A stretch of DNA of 64,000 nt from Gammaproteobacteria bacterium. GTDB taxonomy: Bacteria > Pseudomonadota > Gammaproteobacteria > JACKNK01. The DNA lies in the NCBI GenBank assembly GCA_049604295.1, contig JBMYTL010000007.1, positions 8,172 to 72,171 of the forward strand. Direction: 5' to 3'. The notes under the pieces are model-generated. The model had not been told where the DNA came from. It saw only the letters and a list, made by a program, of their open reading frames with translations, and made no database searches. Within the stretch, counting starts at the first letter, position 1; each line of letters starts with the position of its first letter. The translations under genes and the position numbers were made by a program. Positions 1-10,736 of this stretch are shown one piece after another.

Positions 1-294
<294 letters not shown>

Positions 295-405
295 TCAGCT
301 ACCAGGGAACCCCGGGACGGCCGCTCAACCGTCGCCCGGCCCAAAGGTGTTTGTTTATGTGTTTTTCAATGTGAGCCGGGGCGCGACACCAGCCGTACCC
401 TGGGT

Positions 406-1167
406 CTATTTCCGAAGCTTGTAGCCCCGGTTCAGAAGGTAGATCGTTATCGCGGTCACCCCCACGAGAAAGGCCGAGGTGACCGCCAGACTCGTCCAGG
501 GCGAGATATCCGACGCGCCCACAAATCCATAACGGAAGCCGTCAATGATATAGAAAAACGGATTGAACCGGGAAACAGCCGCCCAGGTCCCGGGCAGGGA
601 ATGAATGGAATAGAACACCCCGCTGAGGAAGGACAAGGGCAGAATCACGAAATTCTGGAATGCCGCCAGGTGTTCGTATTTTTCCGCGGAGATGCCGGCA
701 ACGATGCCCAACACCCCCAGAAAGGCCGCGCCCAGCACGGAGAACACCAGAGCCCAAACGGGGTGAGGAACCGTGACCTCGACGAAGAACGCCGCCACAA
801 GGGCAACCCCCACGCCAACCATCAGTGCCCGCGAGATGGCGGCCAACGTGAACGCCGCAAAGAACTCCAATGCCGAAATGGGCGCCAGCAGCACGAATAC
901 GATGTTGCCCGCCATCTTGGACTGGATCAGCGACGAGGAACTGTTGGCGAAGGCGTTCTGGATCATGCTCATCATCACCAGTCCGGGCACGAGGAATGTG
1001 CCGTAGCTGATCCCCGGATACACCTCCAACCGTTCCTCCAGAAGATGGCTGAAGATCATCAGGTAGAGCATGGCGGAGATCACGGGCGCCAGCACCGTCT
1101 GCACGGACACTTTCAGGAATCGCATGACCTCCTTGCGATACAGCGTAAAGAAGCCGTAGCGGTTCAT
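406..1167 (-). CDS. ABC-2 type transporter permease (YadH-like)
   Basis: 253-aa ORF, multi-pass hydrophobic. ATGA start/stop overlap with the upstream ATPase gene. Confidence 0.8.
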   Translation of the reverse strand: MNRYGFFTLYRKEVMRFLKVSVQTVLAPVISAMLYLMIFSHLLEERLEVYPGISYGTFLVPGLVMMSMIQNAFANSSSSLIQSKMAGNIVFVLLAPISALEFFAAFTLAAISRALMVGVGVALVAAFFVEVTVPHPVWALVFSVLGAAFLGVLGIVAGISAEKYEHLAAFQNFVILPLSFLSGVFYSIHSLPGTWAAVSRFNPFFYIIDGFRYGFVGASDISPWTSLAVTSAFLVGVTAITIYLLNRGYKLRK

Positions 1168-2093
1168 GGCTCTTGATTTCCGGTCAAGCTCATGAAGACG
1201 TCCTCAAGGCCCGGATTCCGCGTACTCAGCGCATCGATGACAAGCCCGGCAGCGCGCATGGCGTCGAGCACGGTCGCCACCTGGTCCTGACCATGCACCA
1301 GCCTCAGCGTCGCCTTGCCCTCTGAGGCATCGGTCACCAGGGCATCCAGCGCGGCAGGCAGCGCCCCCCCGTGCCATTGCAGGTTGAGCAGGCTGTACGG
1401 GTGCCGATCAAGCAGGGCCTGTTTGCTGTCCAACGCGGCGAGGCGTCCCTGGTCCAGCACCGCGATGCGGTCGCAGAGCGATTCGGCCTCTTCCAGGTAA
1501 TGGGTGGTCAACACGATGGTGTGACCCTCGGCATGCAGTCGCCGCGCGAACGACCAAAGTGACCGGCGCAAGCCCACGTCAACGCCCGCTGTGGGTTCAT
1601 CCAATACGACCACCCGGGGCTTGTGCACCAGGGCCTGGGCGATCAATACCCGTCGTTTCATCCCGCCGGAGAGCGCGTGGAGGTTTTCATCCGCCTTGTC
1701 CGCAAGATCCAGGGTCTCGATCAACTCATCGATCCAGGGCCTGTTGGCCTGACCCAGGCCGAAATAGCCCGCCTGCAGGGTCAACAGTTCACGAACGGAA
1801 AAGAACGGGTCGTAGACCAATTCCTGGGGCACCACACCGAGAGCCGCGCGAGCGCGGCGGAAATCCGCCACCACGTCATGGCCCATGATCTCAACCCGTC
1901 CACTGGAGGCCACCACCAAGCCCGCGATCACACCGATGAGCGTTGATTTTCCGGCCCCGTTAGGGCCCAACAAACCGAAGAACTCGCCATCCCGGATATC
2001 AAAACCGACATCGTCCAGGGCGAGCAGCGATCCAAAACGTTTACTGACGCCCTCAATCCGAACCGCGGCACCCGCGTGGGCCGCCACGATCAA
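1164..2093 (-). CDS. ABC transporter ATP-binding protein (YadG-like partner of the ABC-2 permease)
   Basis: Walker A GPNGAGKST, signature LSGGMKRR, Walker B VVVLDEPT. Start appears to be TTG at 2093 or GTG at 2087. Confidence 0.88.
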   Translation of the reverse strand: MIVAAHAGAAVRIEGVSKRFGSLLALDDVGFDIRDGEFFGLLGPNGAGKSTLIGVIAGLVVASSGRVEIMGHDVVADFRRARAALGVVPQELVYDPFFSVRELLTLQAGYFGLGQANRPWIDELIETLDLADKADENLHALSGGMKRRVLIAQALVHKPRVVVLDEPTAGVDVGLRRSLWSFARRLHAEGHTIVLTTHYLEEAESLCDRIAVLDQGRLAALDSKQALLDRHPYSLLNLQWHGGALPAALDALVTDASEGKATLRLVHGQDQVATVLDAMRAAGLVIDALSTRNPGLEDVFMSLTGNQEP

Positions 2094-2163
2094 GGAAACC
2101 GCGGGGATTCGAATCCCCAGCCGGTCTCACCACCCCCCCACATCGACCGCCCGTCCGGGGTGC

Positions 2164-2475
2164 TCATGAAGCCGACGTACCACGAAGCCCCAAGGCATCA
2201 CCGACACCCATGGCATCGATCAGCTCGCGTAACTGCTTCGGCGCGGAGAAAAACTTCAAGTCTCCACCGGCGCGCCGGGCCGCACGCAGCCACTCCAACA
2301 TCAGAGCCAGACATGAACTGTCCACGCGCCCCAAGGCTTTGAGATCAACCAGATGCGTGCCCGGGCGTTTGACCAACTTGAGCCCGGCACCGTGCAGGGC
2401 CATGGCATTGTCCAGCCGTACATCGCCTACGACGGCGAAACCGGTATCACCGGGAATGAGGCGGGCCTCACTCAC
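2164..2475 (-). CDS. mlaB: STAS-domain protein MlaB (phospholipid ABC transporter accessory)
   Basis: 103-aa STAS-like ORF, 4-bp overlap with mlaC, last gene of the mlaFEDCB order. Confidence 0.72.
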   Translation of the reverse strand: MSEARLIPGDTGFAVVGDVRLDNAMALHGAGLKLVKRPGTHLVDLKALGRVDSSCLALMLEWLRAARRAGGDLKFFSAPKQLRELIDAMGVGDALGLRGTSAS

Positions 2476-3131
2476 GCCGAACCACCCGCTCGGGTCCCGG
2501 TATCCGCGTTGCGCTGCTCGAGTTCACCGATGAGGCCATCGAGACCGACCTTGCGGATCTTCTCGCTGAAGCTGGCCCGATAGTTGGTGATCAGACTGAT
2601 ACCGTCGATCAGCACATCGTTGACCTTCCACTGATCCTTGCGGAAGCGCATCAGGTAATCGATCGGGATCTCCGGCCCGCTGCTGCGCACCACCTCGGTA
2701 CGCACGGTGACCCGTTCACCGTCCGAACTGATCTTGGGTTCCTTGTAATTGATCACCTCATCCTTGAATTCCGACAAAGCGGACGAATAGGTGTGGATCA
2801 ACAGGGTCCGGAACTGGCGGATGAAGGCGATCTTCTCGTCCTTGGTGGCGCGGCGCCAATGCTTGCCCAGGACCAGCTGGGACATGGCGATGGAATCGAA
2901 GTGGGGTACGACGATCTCCTCGACCAGGGTGCGCACGCGGGCCGGATCCTTCTGGATGTTCTCCCGCTCAGCCTTGAGCGTCTCAATCATCTTTTCGGAC
3001 GTGCCGCGCACCACCGCCACGGCATCCTCGGCGGCCTTGCCGTCCTGCGCCCAGACCGGGGAGACGCCCACCAAGGCACCCAGGACGAACAGCGCGGAAA
3101 TCAGTCGGGTCATCATTGAGCCAATCCTCAT
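2472..3131 (-). CDS. mlaC: Periplasmic phospholipid-binding protein MlaC (Ttg2D family)
   Basis: Signal peptide LISALFVLGALVGVSPVWA followed by MlaC-family pattern (HFDSIAMSQLVLGKHWRRATKDEK ... DQWKVNDVLIDGISLITNYR). Confidence 0.85.
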   Translation of the reverse strand: MRIGSMMTRLISALFVLGALVGVSPVWAQDGKAAEDAVAVVRGTSEKMIETLKAERENIQKDPARVRTLVEEIVVPHFDSIAMSQLVLGKHWRRATKDEKIAFIRQFRTLLIHTYSSALSEFKDEVINYKEPKISSDGERVTVRTEVVRSSGPEIPIDYLMRFRKDQWKVNDVLIDGISLITNYRASFSEKIRKVGLDGLIGELEQRNADTGTRAGGSA

Positions 3132-3139
3132 CAGAAAAA

Positions 3140-3619
3140 CTATTTGTCGTCGGATTCCGAAGCCTTGCTGAACAGGAACTGTCCGATGACCTGTTCGAGC
3201 ACGAGGGCCGACTGCGTCCAGCGGATCTGACCGCCGTCCTTGAGGACATCTTCAGCGCCACCGGGTTCCAACCCGACGTAGTTTTCACCGAGCAGGCCCG
3301 CGGTGAATATGCTCGCGCTGGTATCTTCCGGAAACCCCTCATAGGCGGCATCGATATGCATCTCCACGACGGCCTCGAAGCGCTCGGGGTCGTAGTGGAT
3401 CGCACGCACCTTACCGATGCGCACGCCGCCGGACTTGACCGGGGCACGCACCTTGAGGCCACCGATGTTCTCGAAGCGTGCCGTTATGGTGTAGCCCTCA
3501 TTGTTCCCCAGGCTGGCCAGGTTGCTAACCTGCATGGCAAGCAGGAACAGGGCGACCAGTCCTACGGCGACAAAGGCGCCCACCGCGATCTCGGTTGCAC
3601 GAATGCTCATTACCATCAC
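3140..3619 (-). CDS. mlaD: MCE-domain protein MlaD
   Basis: N-terminal TM anchor plus MCE domain ([29 protein letters not shown]). Overlaps the mlaE stop. Confidence 0.85.
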   Translation of the reverse strand: MMVMSIRATEIAVGAFVAVGLVALFLLAMQVSNLASLGNNEGYTITARFENIGGLKVRAPVKSGGVRIGKVRAIHYDPERFEAVVEMHIDAAYEGFPEDTSASIFTAGLLGENYVGLEPGGAEDVLKDGGQIRWTQSALVLEQVIGQFLFSKASESDDK

Positions 3620-4413
3620 TCTCCAAACATCAGGGCGGTGAGCACGAAATCGAGCCCCAATACCGCCAGCGAGGAATTGACCACGGTCCGGGTTGTGGCG
3701 CGACTCACCCCTTCGGACGTGGGCGTACAGTCGTAGCCTTCAAACACCGCAATCCAGGTAACCACGACCCCGAACACCAGACTTTTGACCACGCCGTTGA
3801 GAATGTCCTCAGTCACGCCCACCTTGGCCTGCATCTGGGACCAGAACGCGCCGTCGTCCACACCCAGCAGACCAACGCCGACCATGTAGCCACCGTAGAC
3901 CCCCAGGATGCTGAAAATCGCCGCCAGCAGCGGCATGGAGATGAAGCCGGCCAGGAAACGCGGTGCCACCACCCTGTGCATGGGATTGACCGCCATCATC
4001 TCCATTCCGGAAAGCTGTTCGGTGGCCTTCATCAAACCGATCTCCGCCGTCAGGGCTGAACCTGCCCGCCCCGCGAACAACAGAGCAGTCACCACGGGCC
4101 CCAGTTCGCGCACCAGGGAGAGTGCGACCATGACACCGAGCGATTCTTCCGCGCCGAAATCCACCAGCGTGTTGTAACCCTGTAGGCCCAGGACCATTCC
4201 CACGAACAGCCCGGACACCACGATGATGACCAGGGAGAGGACGCCGACGGAATAGATCTGGGCCAAAAGCAGGCGCGGACGCGCCAGAACCGTGACCGCT
4301 CCGATGAGCATGTTGAGGGCGAATACATGCCCCCGCCCCAGGCGCTCCAGGAATGACAGGGCACGCCGCCCCAGTCCTCGCAGGGTGCATTCGATCAGGT
4401 TCGGCTCAGCCAC
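3616..4413 (-). CDS. mlaE: Phospholipid ABC transporter permease MlaE
   Basis: Polytopic ORF. Proposed GTG start at 4413 ([15 protein letters not shown]) overlaps the mlaF stop by 8 bp, and the longer ORF-track N-terminus would run into mlaF. Confidence 0.82.
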   Translation of the reverse strand: MAEPNLIECTLRGLGRRALSFLERLGRGHVFALNMLIGAVTVLARPRLLLAQIYSVGVLSLVIIVVSGLFVGMVLGLQGYNTLVDFGAEESLGVMVALSLVRELGPVVTALLFAGRAGSALTAEIGLMKATEQLSGMEMMAVNPMHRVVAPRFLAGFISMPLLAAIFSILGVYGGYMVGVGLLGVDDGAFWSQMQAKVGVTEDILNGVVKSLVFGVVVTWIAVFEGYDCTPTSEGVSRATTRTVVNSSLAVLGLDFVLTALMFGE

Positions 4414-5242
4414 GACCACTCTCCAACAGGTCCTGCGCCAGATCATCAGCCGGGTAGTGGAACGGCACGGGCCCATCAGGCTCACCATCCATGAACTGCC
4501 GCACCCAAGCTGATCGGGACCGCGCCAGATCATCGGCGGAACCGTGCTCGACGACTTTCCCCGCGGAGATCACGTACATGTAGTCGGAGATCGACGCGGT
4601 CTCCTTCACATCGTGGGAGACGACGATTCCCGACACGTGCAGGCTGTCGCTCATGCGCCGGATCAGGGACACCAACACCCCCATGGAGATCGGGTCCTGA
4701 CCGGTGAATGGCTCGTCGTACATGATCATCATCGGATCCAGGGCGATGGCGCGCGCCAAGGCGACACGCCGCGCCATACCCCCGGACAACTCACTGGGCA
4801 TGAGATCTCGGGCACCGCGCAGACCGACTGCGTGCAGTTTCATCAACACGAGATCCCGGATCATGGCCTCGGGGAGGTCGGTGTGTTCACGCAGGGGAAA
4901 GGCAACGTTGTCGAATACGGTCAGATCGGTAAGCAGGGCACCGCTCTGGAACAGCATTCCCATGCGGCGACGCAAGGCATACAGGGCGCTTTGGGAAAGC
5001 GAATGTACGTTCTGGCCATCCACACGGATGGAACCGGCATCGGGTTTGAGCTGGCCGCCGATCAGCTTGAGCAGCGTGGTCTTGCCCGTGCCTGAGGGCC
5101 CCATGATCGCCGTGACCTGGCCACGACGGATATCCATGTCGACGCCATCGAAGATGACCCTGGAGCCGCGTTTGAACCGCAGCCCGCGGATTTCAACCAG
5201 TACGTCACCGCCGCGCGGTTTGCCTGAGGCTGTCTGGCTCAT
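4406..5242 (-). CDS. mlaF: Phospholipid ABC transporter ATP-binding protein MlaF
   Basis: Walker [10 protein letters not shown], signature [14 protein letters not shown], Walker [12 protein letters not shown] at 5242 gives [21 protein letters not shown]. Confidence 0.9.
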   Translation of the reverse strand: MSQTASGKPRGGDVLVEIRGLRFKRGSRVIFDGVDMDIRRGQVTAIMGPSGTGKTTLLKLIGGQLKPDAGSIRVDGQNVHSLSQSALYALRRRMGMLFQSGALLTDLTVFDNVAFPLREHTDLPEAMIRDLVLMKLHAVGLRGARDLMPSELSGGMARRVALARAIALDPMMIMYDEPFTGQDPISMGVLVSLIRRMSDSLHVSGIVVSHDVKETASISDYMYVISAGKVVEHGSADDLARSRSAWVRQFMDGEPDGPVPFHYPADDLAQDLLESGRG

Positions 5243-5452
5243 GGGGAGGGGTATGGATCGAGGTTTGAGGTGTGGAGGGCGGCACGGACACCTGTGACCG
5301 CCACGGATGCGGCGACGGCGGCCCCCTGCGTCGCTCACCCGGGCCGGGCGGACGAGCGGCGATTCTCGGGGAGCGCCGGATGCGAGTCAATCACCGACAA
5401 CACCAATGATCGGGGTGAAACGTTCAGCGGACGCCCTCCCCGGCCAGGCGGC

Positions 5453-5965
5453 TCAATAACCCAGCAAACCCGCGAGGACCCGGGCATCGCGCGCCGTCTG
5501 AACGGCCGCCTCGCCCGCGAAGGCGAGCACCACATCCCCGGCTTCCTCGGAAGCTGAACGGCCCCTGCCCTGCATCCAGAGCTCGATGGCCCCTCGCAGA
5601 TCCCGACGCGACCATGGCTCGTCCGCATTCAACACGGCCACCGCCCCCCCGGGTGCACTGTCCGGACCGGTCCAGACGGAATCCACGTCGTAGGGAACGA
5701 TCCATGACACCGATACATCCGGGGCGCCCGATGGTTCGCGGGGCACCCAGAGCGTCAAAACATCCTCCAGGTCCTCCAGGTCCTCCAGGTCCTCCACCAT
5801 GGAATCGAGCCCGTCCATGACCCGCTCCCCGGGCCGTACCACCAGCGCCTCGAACTCATTGGCGTAGTAATCCAGACGCCACTGCGCGGGAATATCGTCG
5901 GGAAAGAAGGACTCCGCCCAGGGCGGGTCCTGCAAGCCCGCGAGCGCAACGATGATCTGGACCAT
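5453..5965 (-). CDS. Hypothetical acidic protein heading the mla operon (no family recognised)
   Basis: 170 aa from ATG 5965 (MVQIIVALAGLQDPPWAESFF...). Same strand as mlaF and 210 bp upstream of it. Contains an (EDL)x3 repeat. Confidence 0.5.
   Translation of the reverse strand: MVQIIVALAGLQDPPWAESFFPDDIPAQWRLDYYANEFEALVVRPGERVMDGLDSMVEDLEDLEDLEDVLTLWVPREPSGAPDVSVSWIVPYDVDSVWTGPDSAPGGAVAVLNADEPWSRRDLRGAIELWMQGRGRSASEEAGDVVLAFAGEAAVQTARDARVLAGLLGY
5764..5790. repeat. Perfect 9-bp tandem repeat x3 (cctccaggt) inside the hypothetical CDS
   Basis: Read directly: cctccaggt cctccaggt cctccaggt. Encodes EDLEDLEDLED on the minus strand. Confidence 0.95.
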
Positions 5966-6186
5966 GTATCTGAAAAACCTCTGAAAAATTGTCGTGGGGA
6001 TCGAGTGGCGCTGGCAGCAGTGCTTCTTACCTTTGCCCCCGTCCCGCTGTACCCGGCCGGCGAATGCGTTGGTGTCGTAGCAACACGGAACGCCGGGCAT
6101 GCACGACGGTCGGAACACCATTCGTCCGGCCGCAAGCGGCCGTTGTATCATCGCGCGCCGTCCCGACCCAGCACCCCGATATCACA

Positions 6187-7158
6187 ATGTTGACGCCCAT
6201 CCTTGCCGTTCTGGCAGGCCTTGCCCTGCTGGTCTGGTCCGCGGAACGTTTCGTCTTCGGCGCGGCCGCCACGGCCGCCGCCCTGGGTGTGCCCACGCTT
6301 CTCGTCGGCCTTGTGGTCGTGGGCTTCGGAACGTCCGCTCCGGAACTCCTGGTTTCGGGCACCGCCGCCCTCACCGGCAACCCCGCACTCGGTGTAGGCA
6401 ATGCCCTGGGATCGAACATCGCCAACATCGCGCTGGTCCTGGGCACCACGGCCCTGGTGACCCCCCTGATCGTGCGCTCCTCCATCATGCGACGGGAATT
6501 CCCGGTGCTGCTTCTGGTCACGGTCGTCGCTGTGGTGGTCAGCGTCATCGGCGAGGAACTGTCGCGGCTGGACGGTGTGATCTTGCTGATAGCCCTCCTT
6601 GCCGCCTTCGCGTGGTTGGTTCGGTTGTCGTTGCGTAGCCCGGATCCCGACCCGCTGAGCGAGGAGATGGAAGCGGAGGTACCGCACGATGTCCCCGTGA
6701 CCAAGGCGTTGATCTGGCTCGTTGTGGGCCTGCTGGTCCTGCTCGGCGCCTCACGCCTGCTGGTCTGGGGCGCGGTCAGCATCGCCCAGACCCTGGGCGT
6801 CAGTGACCTGGTTATCGGACTGACCATCGTCGCCGTCGGCACCAGCCTGCCGGAGTTGGCGGCCGGGATTGCCAGTGCGCTGAAGAACGAGCCCGACCTG
6901 GTGGTCGGCAACGTCATCGGTTCCAATATTTTCAACACTGCGGGTGTCATGGGGCTCCCCGCGCTGCTGGCCACGCTTCCTCTGGACCACAGCGTGCTGA
7001 CGCGAGACCTTCCCCTGGTATGCATTCTCACCATCGCGCTTTTCCTCATGAGCTTCGGACGACGCGGTGAGGGGCGCATCGGGCGCGTCAAAGGAGGCAT
7101 CCTGCTGCTGGTCTTCGTCGCTTATCAGGCACTGCTCTTCCAAGGCACGCTGGCCTGA
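6187..7158 (+). CDS. yrbG: CaCA-family Na+/Ca2+ exchanger-like inner membrane protein
   Basis: Two alpha-repeat motifs (GFGTSAPELLVS and AVGTSLPELAAG ... GNVIGSNIFN). Sits between mlaF and kdsD, the position yrbG occupies in E. coli. Confidence 0.85.
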   Translation: MLTPILAVLAGLALLVWSAERFVFGAAATAAALGVPTLLVGLVVVGFGTSAPELLVSGTAALTGNPALGVGNALGSNIANIALVLGTTALVTPLIVRSSIMRREFPVLLLVTVVAVVVSVIGEELSRLDGVILLIALLAAFAWLVRLSLRSPDPDPLSEEMEAEVPHDVPVTKALIWLVVGLLVLLGASRLLVWGAVSIAQTLGVSDLVIGLTIVAVGTSLPELAAGIASALKNEPDLVVGNVIGSNIFNTAGVMGLPALLATLPLDHSVLTRDLPLVCILTIALFLMSFGRRGEGRIGRVKGGILLLVFVAYQALLFQGTLA

Positions 7159-7234
7159 CCCAGGGCCATCACGACGCGGTTTTCCTGTACCCTGCGCGCC
7201 CATTCCGCACCGCTTTCCACCCACCAACCGCCCC

Positions 7235-8206
7235 ATGAACACAGCCCGCGTACGTGACCTGGCGATCGCCGTGCTCGAAACGGAATCCCGCGCCATTGAG
7301 GCCCTGATAGAACGGGTGGATGACAGTTTCGGCGAAGCCTGCGCGCTGATGCTCGCCTGTGAAGGCCGCAACGTCGTCACCGGCATGGGCAAATCCGGAC
7401 ACATCGGCAATAAAATCGCCGCCACGCTTGCCAGTACCGGCACGCCCGCATTCTTCATGCACCCGGGCGAAGCGAGCCACGGCGACCTCGGCATGATCAC
7501 GCCGCGCGATGTGGTGATCGCCCTGTCGAATTCGGGGGAGACGGGAGAGATCCTGACCATACTGCCGCTGATCTCCCGCCTGGGTGTGCCCCTGATCGCC
7601 ATGACCGGCAACGCCCGCTCCACCCTTGCCCGCGAAGCCACGGTTCACATCGACGTCAGCGTTGCCCAGGAAGCCTGCCCCCTGGGATTGGCACCCACGG
7701 CCAGCACGACCGCGGCACTCGCCATGGGGGATGCGCTCGCGGTGGCGCTGCTGGAGACACGCGGCTTCACCGAGCAGGATTTCGCCTTGTCGCACCCCGG
7801 AGGGAGCCTGGGCCGACGCCTACTGCTGCACGTCAGCGACGTGATGCATACCGGCAAGGAGATTCCGGTGGTGGCCGAGAGCGCCACCCTTGGCGACGCC
7901 CTCATGGAAATGACCGCCAAGGGGCTGGGCATGACAGCCATCACCAGCGCAAGCGGAAAACTGGCCGGGATCTTCACGGACGGCGACCTGCGCCGAACCC
8001 TGGACCGGGGCGTGGACATCCACAGCACCCTGATCGAAGACATCATGACCCGCGCCCCTCAGACCATCGCCCCCACGGAACTTGCGGCGGAGGCCCTGCA
8101 TCAGATGGATGCACGCAAGATCAATGCACTGATCGTCACCGATGGCGATGGCGCACTGCTCGGCGCGCTCAACATGCACGATCTGCTGCGCGCCGGCGTC
8201 GTCTGA
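7235..8206 (+). CDS. kdsD: Arabinose-5-phosphate isomerase (SIS + tandem CBS)
   Basis: SIS motif VVTGMGKSGHIGNKIAATLASTGTPAFF, C-terminal CBS pair. Synteny kdsD-kdsC-lptCAB. Confidence 0.92.
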   Translation: MNTARVRDLAIAVLETESRAIEALIERVDDSFGEACALMLACEGRNVVTGMGKSGHIGNKIAATLASTGTPAFFMHPGEASHGDLGMITPRDVVIALSNSGETGEILTILPLISRLGVPLIAMTGNARSTLAREATVHIDVSVAQEACPLGLAPTASTTAALAMGDALAVALLETRGFTEQDFALSHPGGSLGRRLLLHVSDVMHTGKEIPVVAESATLGDALMEMTAKGLGMTAITSASGKLAGIFTDGDLRRTLDRGVDIHSTLIEDIMTRAPQTIAPTELAAEALHQMDARKINALIVTDGDGALLGALNMHDLLRAGVV

Positions 8207-8252
8207 CCCTGCCAGAAACCTGACCCGATCACCGGCAACGGATACCCGATCC

Positions 8253-8777
8253 ATGCAAGACATCATTTCCAAGGCCCGCGACATCCGCCTGGTCATATTC
8301 GACGTCGACGGCGTGCTCACGGACGGTTCTCTTTATCTCGACGACGAGGGCCGCGAGTACAAGGCATTCAACTCCAAGGACGGCCATGGCATGGCCATGC
8401 TGCAACGCCACGGTGTGACCATCGCCATCATCACCGGTAGGCAGTCGGAGCTTGTGCGCATCCGCATGGAGAGCCTGGGCATCTCCCTCGTGTATCAGGG
8501 TGCCCGCGACAAGCGCCCGGCCTTCGCCGACCTGTTGCGTACCACCGGACTGGAACCCGGACAGATTGCCTACGTGGGTGACGACGTGGTGGACCTACCG
8601 GTGATGAAGGATGTGGGGCTCGCTATCGCGGTGCAGGACGCCCACGACTTCGTCAAGAAACACGCACACTGGATAACGCCCTCCGCGGGTGGACGGGGTG
8701 CCGCGCGCGATGTCTGCGAACTGATCCTCGATGCCCACGGCAAACTCCAGGACGAATTCGCGACCTATCTCGCGTGA
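8253..8777 (+). CDS. kdsC: KDO 8-phosphate phosphatase (HAD family)
   Basis: HAD motif I FDVDGVLTDG, and GDDVVDLPVM. Confidence 0.92.
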   Translation: MQDIISKARDIRLVIFDVDGVLTDGSLYLDDEGREYKAFNSKDGHGMAMLQRHGVTIAIITGRQSELVRIRMESLGISLVYQGARDKRPAFADLLRTTGLEPGQIAYVGDDVVDLPVMKDVGLAIAVQDAHDFVKKHAHWITPSAGGRGAARDVCELILDAHGKLQDEFATYLA

Positions 8778-8828
8778 GACCACGGACTTCGTTCCAGCGC
8801 CCCCCATGAACCCACAGCCGCTCAGTGC

Positions 8829-9479
8829 TTGTACCCAGGTTGCCCCGTGGATCTGCAACGCAGCCTGACCTATCTACTCCTTATCTTCGTCCTGGCCCTC
8901 ACCGGATGGTGGTGGTTGGATGCGATGCCCGAGCCGGAAGTACCGGACACCGCTGAGCGGCATGCCCCGGATTTCTGGTTCGACGGCATGCGCCTGACGA
9001 ACTTCGACGAATACGGGCTGCCGGAGAACCGGGTCATCGCGGAGCGCATGGTCCACTACCGCGACGACGACACATCCGAGTTCACGCACATCCGCTTCTC
9101 CAGTTACAGCGACACCCGCCCTCCCATGCATGTTCATGGCCCGACCGCCTGGATGGACGCCGATGGTGACGTCATTCAGATGTACGGCGCCAATCAGGTG
9201 TTTCGCGACGCCTACGACGCACAATCGTGGTTGCAGGTGGACACCCGAGACATGAAGATTCTGACCAACGACGACTTCGTCACGTCCGAGCACCTGACCG
9301 TCATACGCTCCGAGGACCTCGTCATGAGGGGCGTGGGCATGGACGCCTGGCTCGAAGAAGACCGTCTGCAGCTGCACTCCGAGGTACGCATTCGCAATGA
9401 ACCCGATCACCCGTTTTTGCCTGCTGACGCTTTGCGCGGCACTGATGCCGCTGACGACGGCGAGCGCCCTGAGCACTGA
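8829..9479 (+). CDS. lptC: LPS export protein LptC
   Basis: N-terminal TM (LTYLLLIFVLALTGWWWL), position between kdsC and lptA. The 3' end overlaps lptA by 83 bp. Confidence 0.75.
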   Translation: MYPGCPVDLQRSLTYLLLIFVLALTGWWWLDAMPEPEVPDTAERHAPDFWFDGMRLTNFDEYGLPENRVIAERMVHYRDDDTSEFTHIRFSSYSDTRPPMHVHGPTAWMDADGDVIQMYGANQVFRDAYDAQSWLQVDTRDMKILTNDDFVTSEHLTVIRSEDLVMRGVGMDAWLEEDRLQLHSEVRIRNEPDHPFLPADALRGTDAADDGERPEH

Positions 9480-10014
9480 TGGCGAGCAGCCCATGTACAT
9501 CGAGTCGGATTCCGCCGACATCGATAAGCAGCGCCACGTGCAGGTCTACACCGGCAAGGTGATTCTCTCCCAGGGTAGCCGCCGCCTGTGGGCTGATCGA
9601 CTCGTTGTCTACACCGACGAGGACGACAACGTCGAAAAGGCGGTTGCCACGGGGGCACCCGCCAAGTTCAAGAACCTTCCGGACGGCAAGGAGGATTACC
9701 GCTGGGGTTCGGCCTTGCGCATCGAGTACTACCAGAACCCGGAATTCATGCACCTGATCGAGAAGGCCAAGCTCTGGCGTGGTAAGGACGTCATCTCCTC
9801 CAAGAAGATCATCTACGACGCCGAGCGCGATCGCATGGTATCGGGTAAACGCATCGAGAAATCCGACCCCCGCGTCAACCAGGGCCCCAAGAGCCGCGTT
9901 CGCATCACCCTGCAACCGTCCAAGGCCAAGGATGCAGAGAAGCGCAAGGGCATTCCCAAGCTTCCCGACGGCGCGCTCCCCGAACACGCCATCCCGCCCG
10001 AATTGCGCCGATGA
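9397..10014 (+). CDS. lptA: Periplasmic LPS transport protein LptA (OstA-N fold)
   Basis: Signal peptide [24 protein letters not shown], then the [21 protein letters not shown] pattern. Confidence 0.87.
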   Translation: MNPITRFCLLTLCAALMPLTTASALSTDGEQPMYIESDSADIDKQRHVQVYTGKVILSQGSRRLWADRLVVYTDEDDNVEKAVATGAPAKFKNLPDGKEDYRWGSALRIEYYQNPEFMHLIEKAKLWRGKDVISSKKIIYDAERDRMVSGKRIEKSDPRVNQGPKSRVRITLQPSKAKDAEKRKGIPKLPDGALPEHAIPPELRR

Positions 10015-10736
10015 GTCGCCTCGCAGCCATAGACCTGGTGAAGCGGTTCAAGCGCTTCACCGCGGTCGATCATGTGTCCGTGCAGGTGGAGAGTGGCGAA
10101 GTTGTCGGACTGCTCGGTCCCAACGGCGCCGGCAAGACCACCACCTTCTACATGATGACCGGCCTCGTCCCCGCGGGCAGCGGCATCATCACCCTGGATG
10201 GCAAAGACATAACCGCCTACCCGATGCACGCCCGTGCGCGACTGGGCGTGGGCTATCTGCCCCAGGAACCGTCGGTGTTCCGCAAGCTCTCGGTGGCCGA
10301 CAACCTCATGGCCGTCCTCGAATCCCGCCCCGGACTGAGCCGCGCCGAGCGCCGCGAAATACAGGACAGCCTGTTGCGTGAACTGAACATCACCCATCTG
10401 GCCGAGAAGCAGGGCGTATCGCTGTCGGGAGGCGAGCGCCGCCGCGTGGAGATCGCCCGCGCCCTGGCGGCTGAGCCGCGTTTCATTCTGCTCGACGAAC
10501 CCTTCGCCGGCGTGGATCCCATATCGGTCATCGACATCCAGCGCATCATCGAGCATCTCACCACCCGCAACATCGGTGTGCTCATCACCGACCATAACGT
10601 GCGCGAAACACTGGGCATCTGCGGGCGGGCCTATATCCTCAGTAGCGGGAAGGTCATCGCCGACGGCACACCCGACGCCATCTTGGCCGACAAACAGGTT
10701 CGCGACGTATACCTGGGCGATCAGTTCCGGATGTAG
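10011..10736 (+). CDS. lptB: LPS export ABC transporter ATPase LptB
   Basis: Walker [37 protein letters not shown]. Confidence 0.95.
   Translation: MSRLAAIDLVKRFKRFTAVDHVSVQVESGEVVGLLGPNGAGKTTTFYMMTGLVPAGSGIITLDGKDITAYPMHARARLGVGYLPQEPSVFRKLSVADNLMAVLESRPGLSRAERREIQDSLLRELNITHLAEKQGVSLSGGERRRVEIARALAAEPRFILLDEPFAGVDPISVIDIQRIIEHLTTRNIGVLITDHNVRETLGICGRAYILSSGKVIADGTPDAILADKQVRDVYLGDQFRM

Noticed and set aside
2103-2118. tRNA-like 3' end: gcGGGGATTCGAATCCCCagccggtctcacca resembles a T-arm plus acceptor/CCA. This raised the possibility of a tRNA gene or an integrase att remnant.
   Set aside because: No complementary 5' acceptor strand, D-arm or anticodon arm lies upstream. The upstream DNA is the coding start of the ABC ATPase. 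The T-loop would be 6 nt and the terminus is TCACCA rather than N-CCA in register. It is most simply a 16-bp palindrome in the mlaB-ATPase spacer.
9397-9479. 83-bp out-of-frame overlap between lptC and lptA, possibly a frameshift or mis-called start.
   Set aside because: The lptA start at 9397 gives an excellent signal peptide. lptC/lptA overlap is a known feature of this operon in E. coli, where it is shorter. The extra LptC tail is probably just a non-conserved C-terminal extension, with no evidence of a pseudogene.
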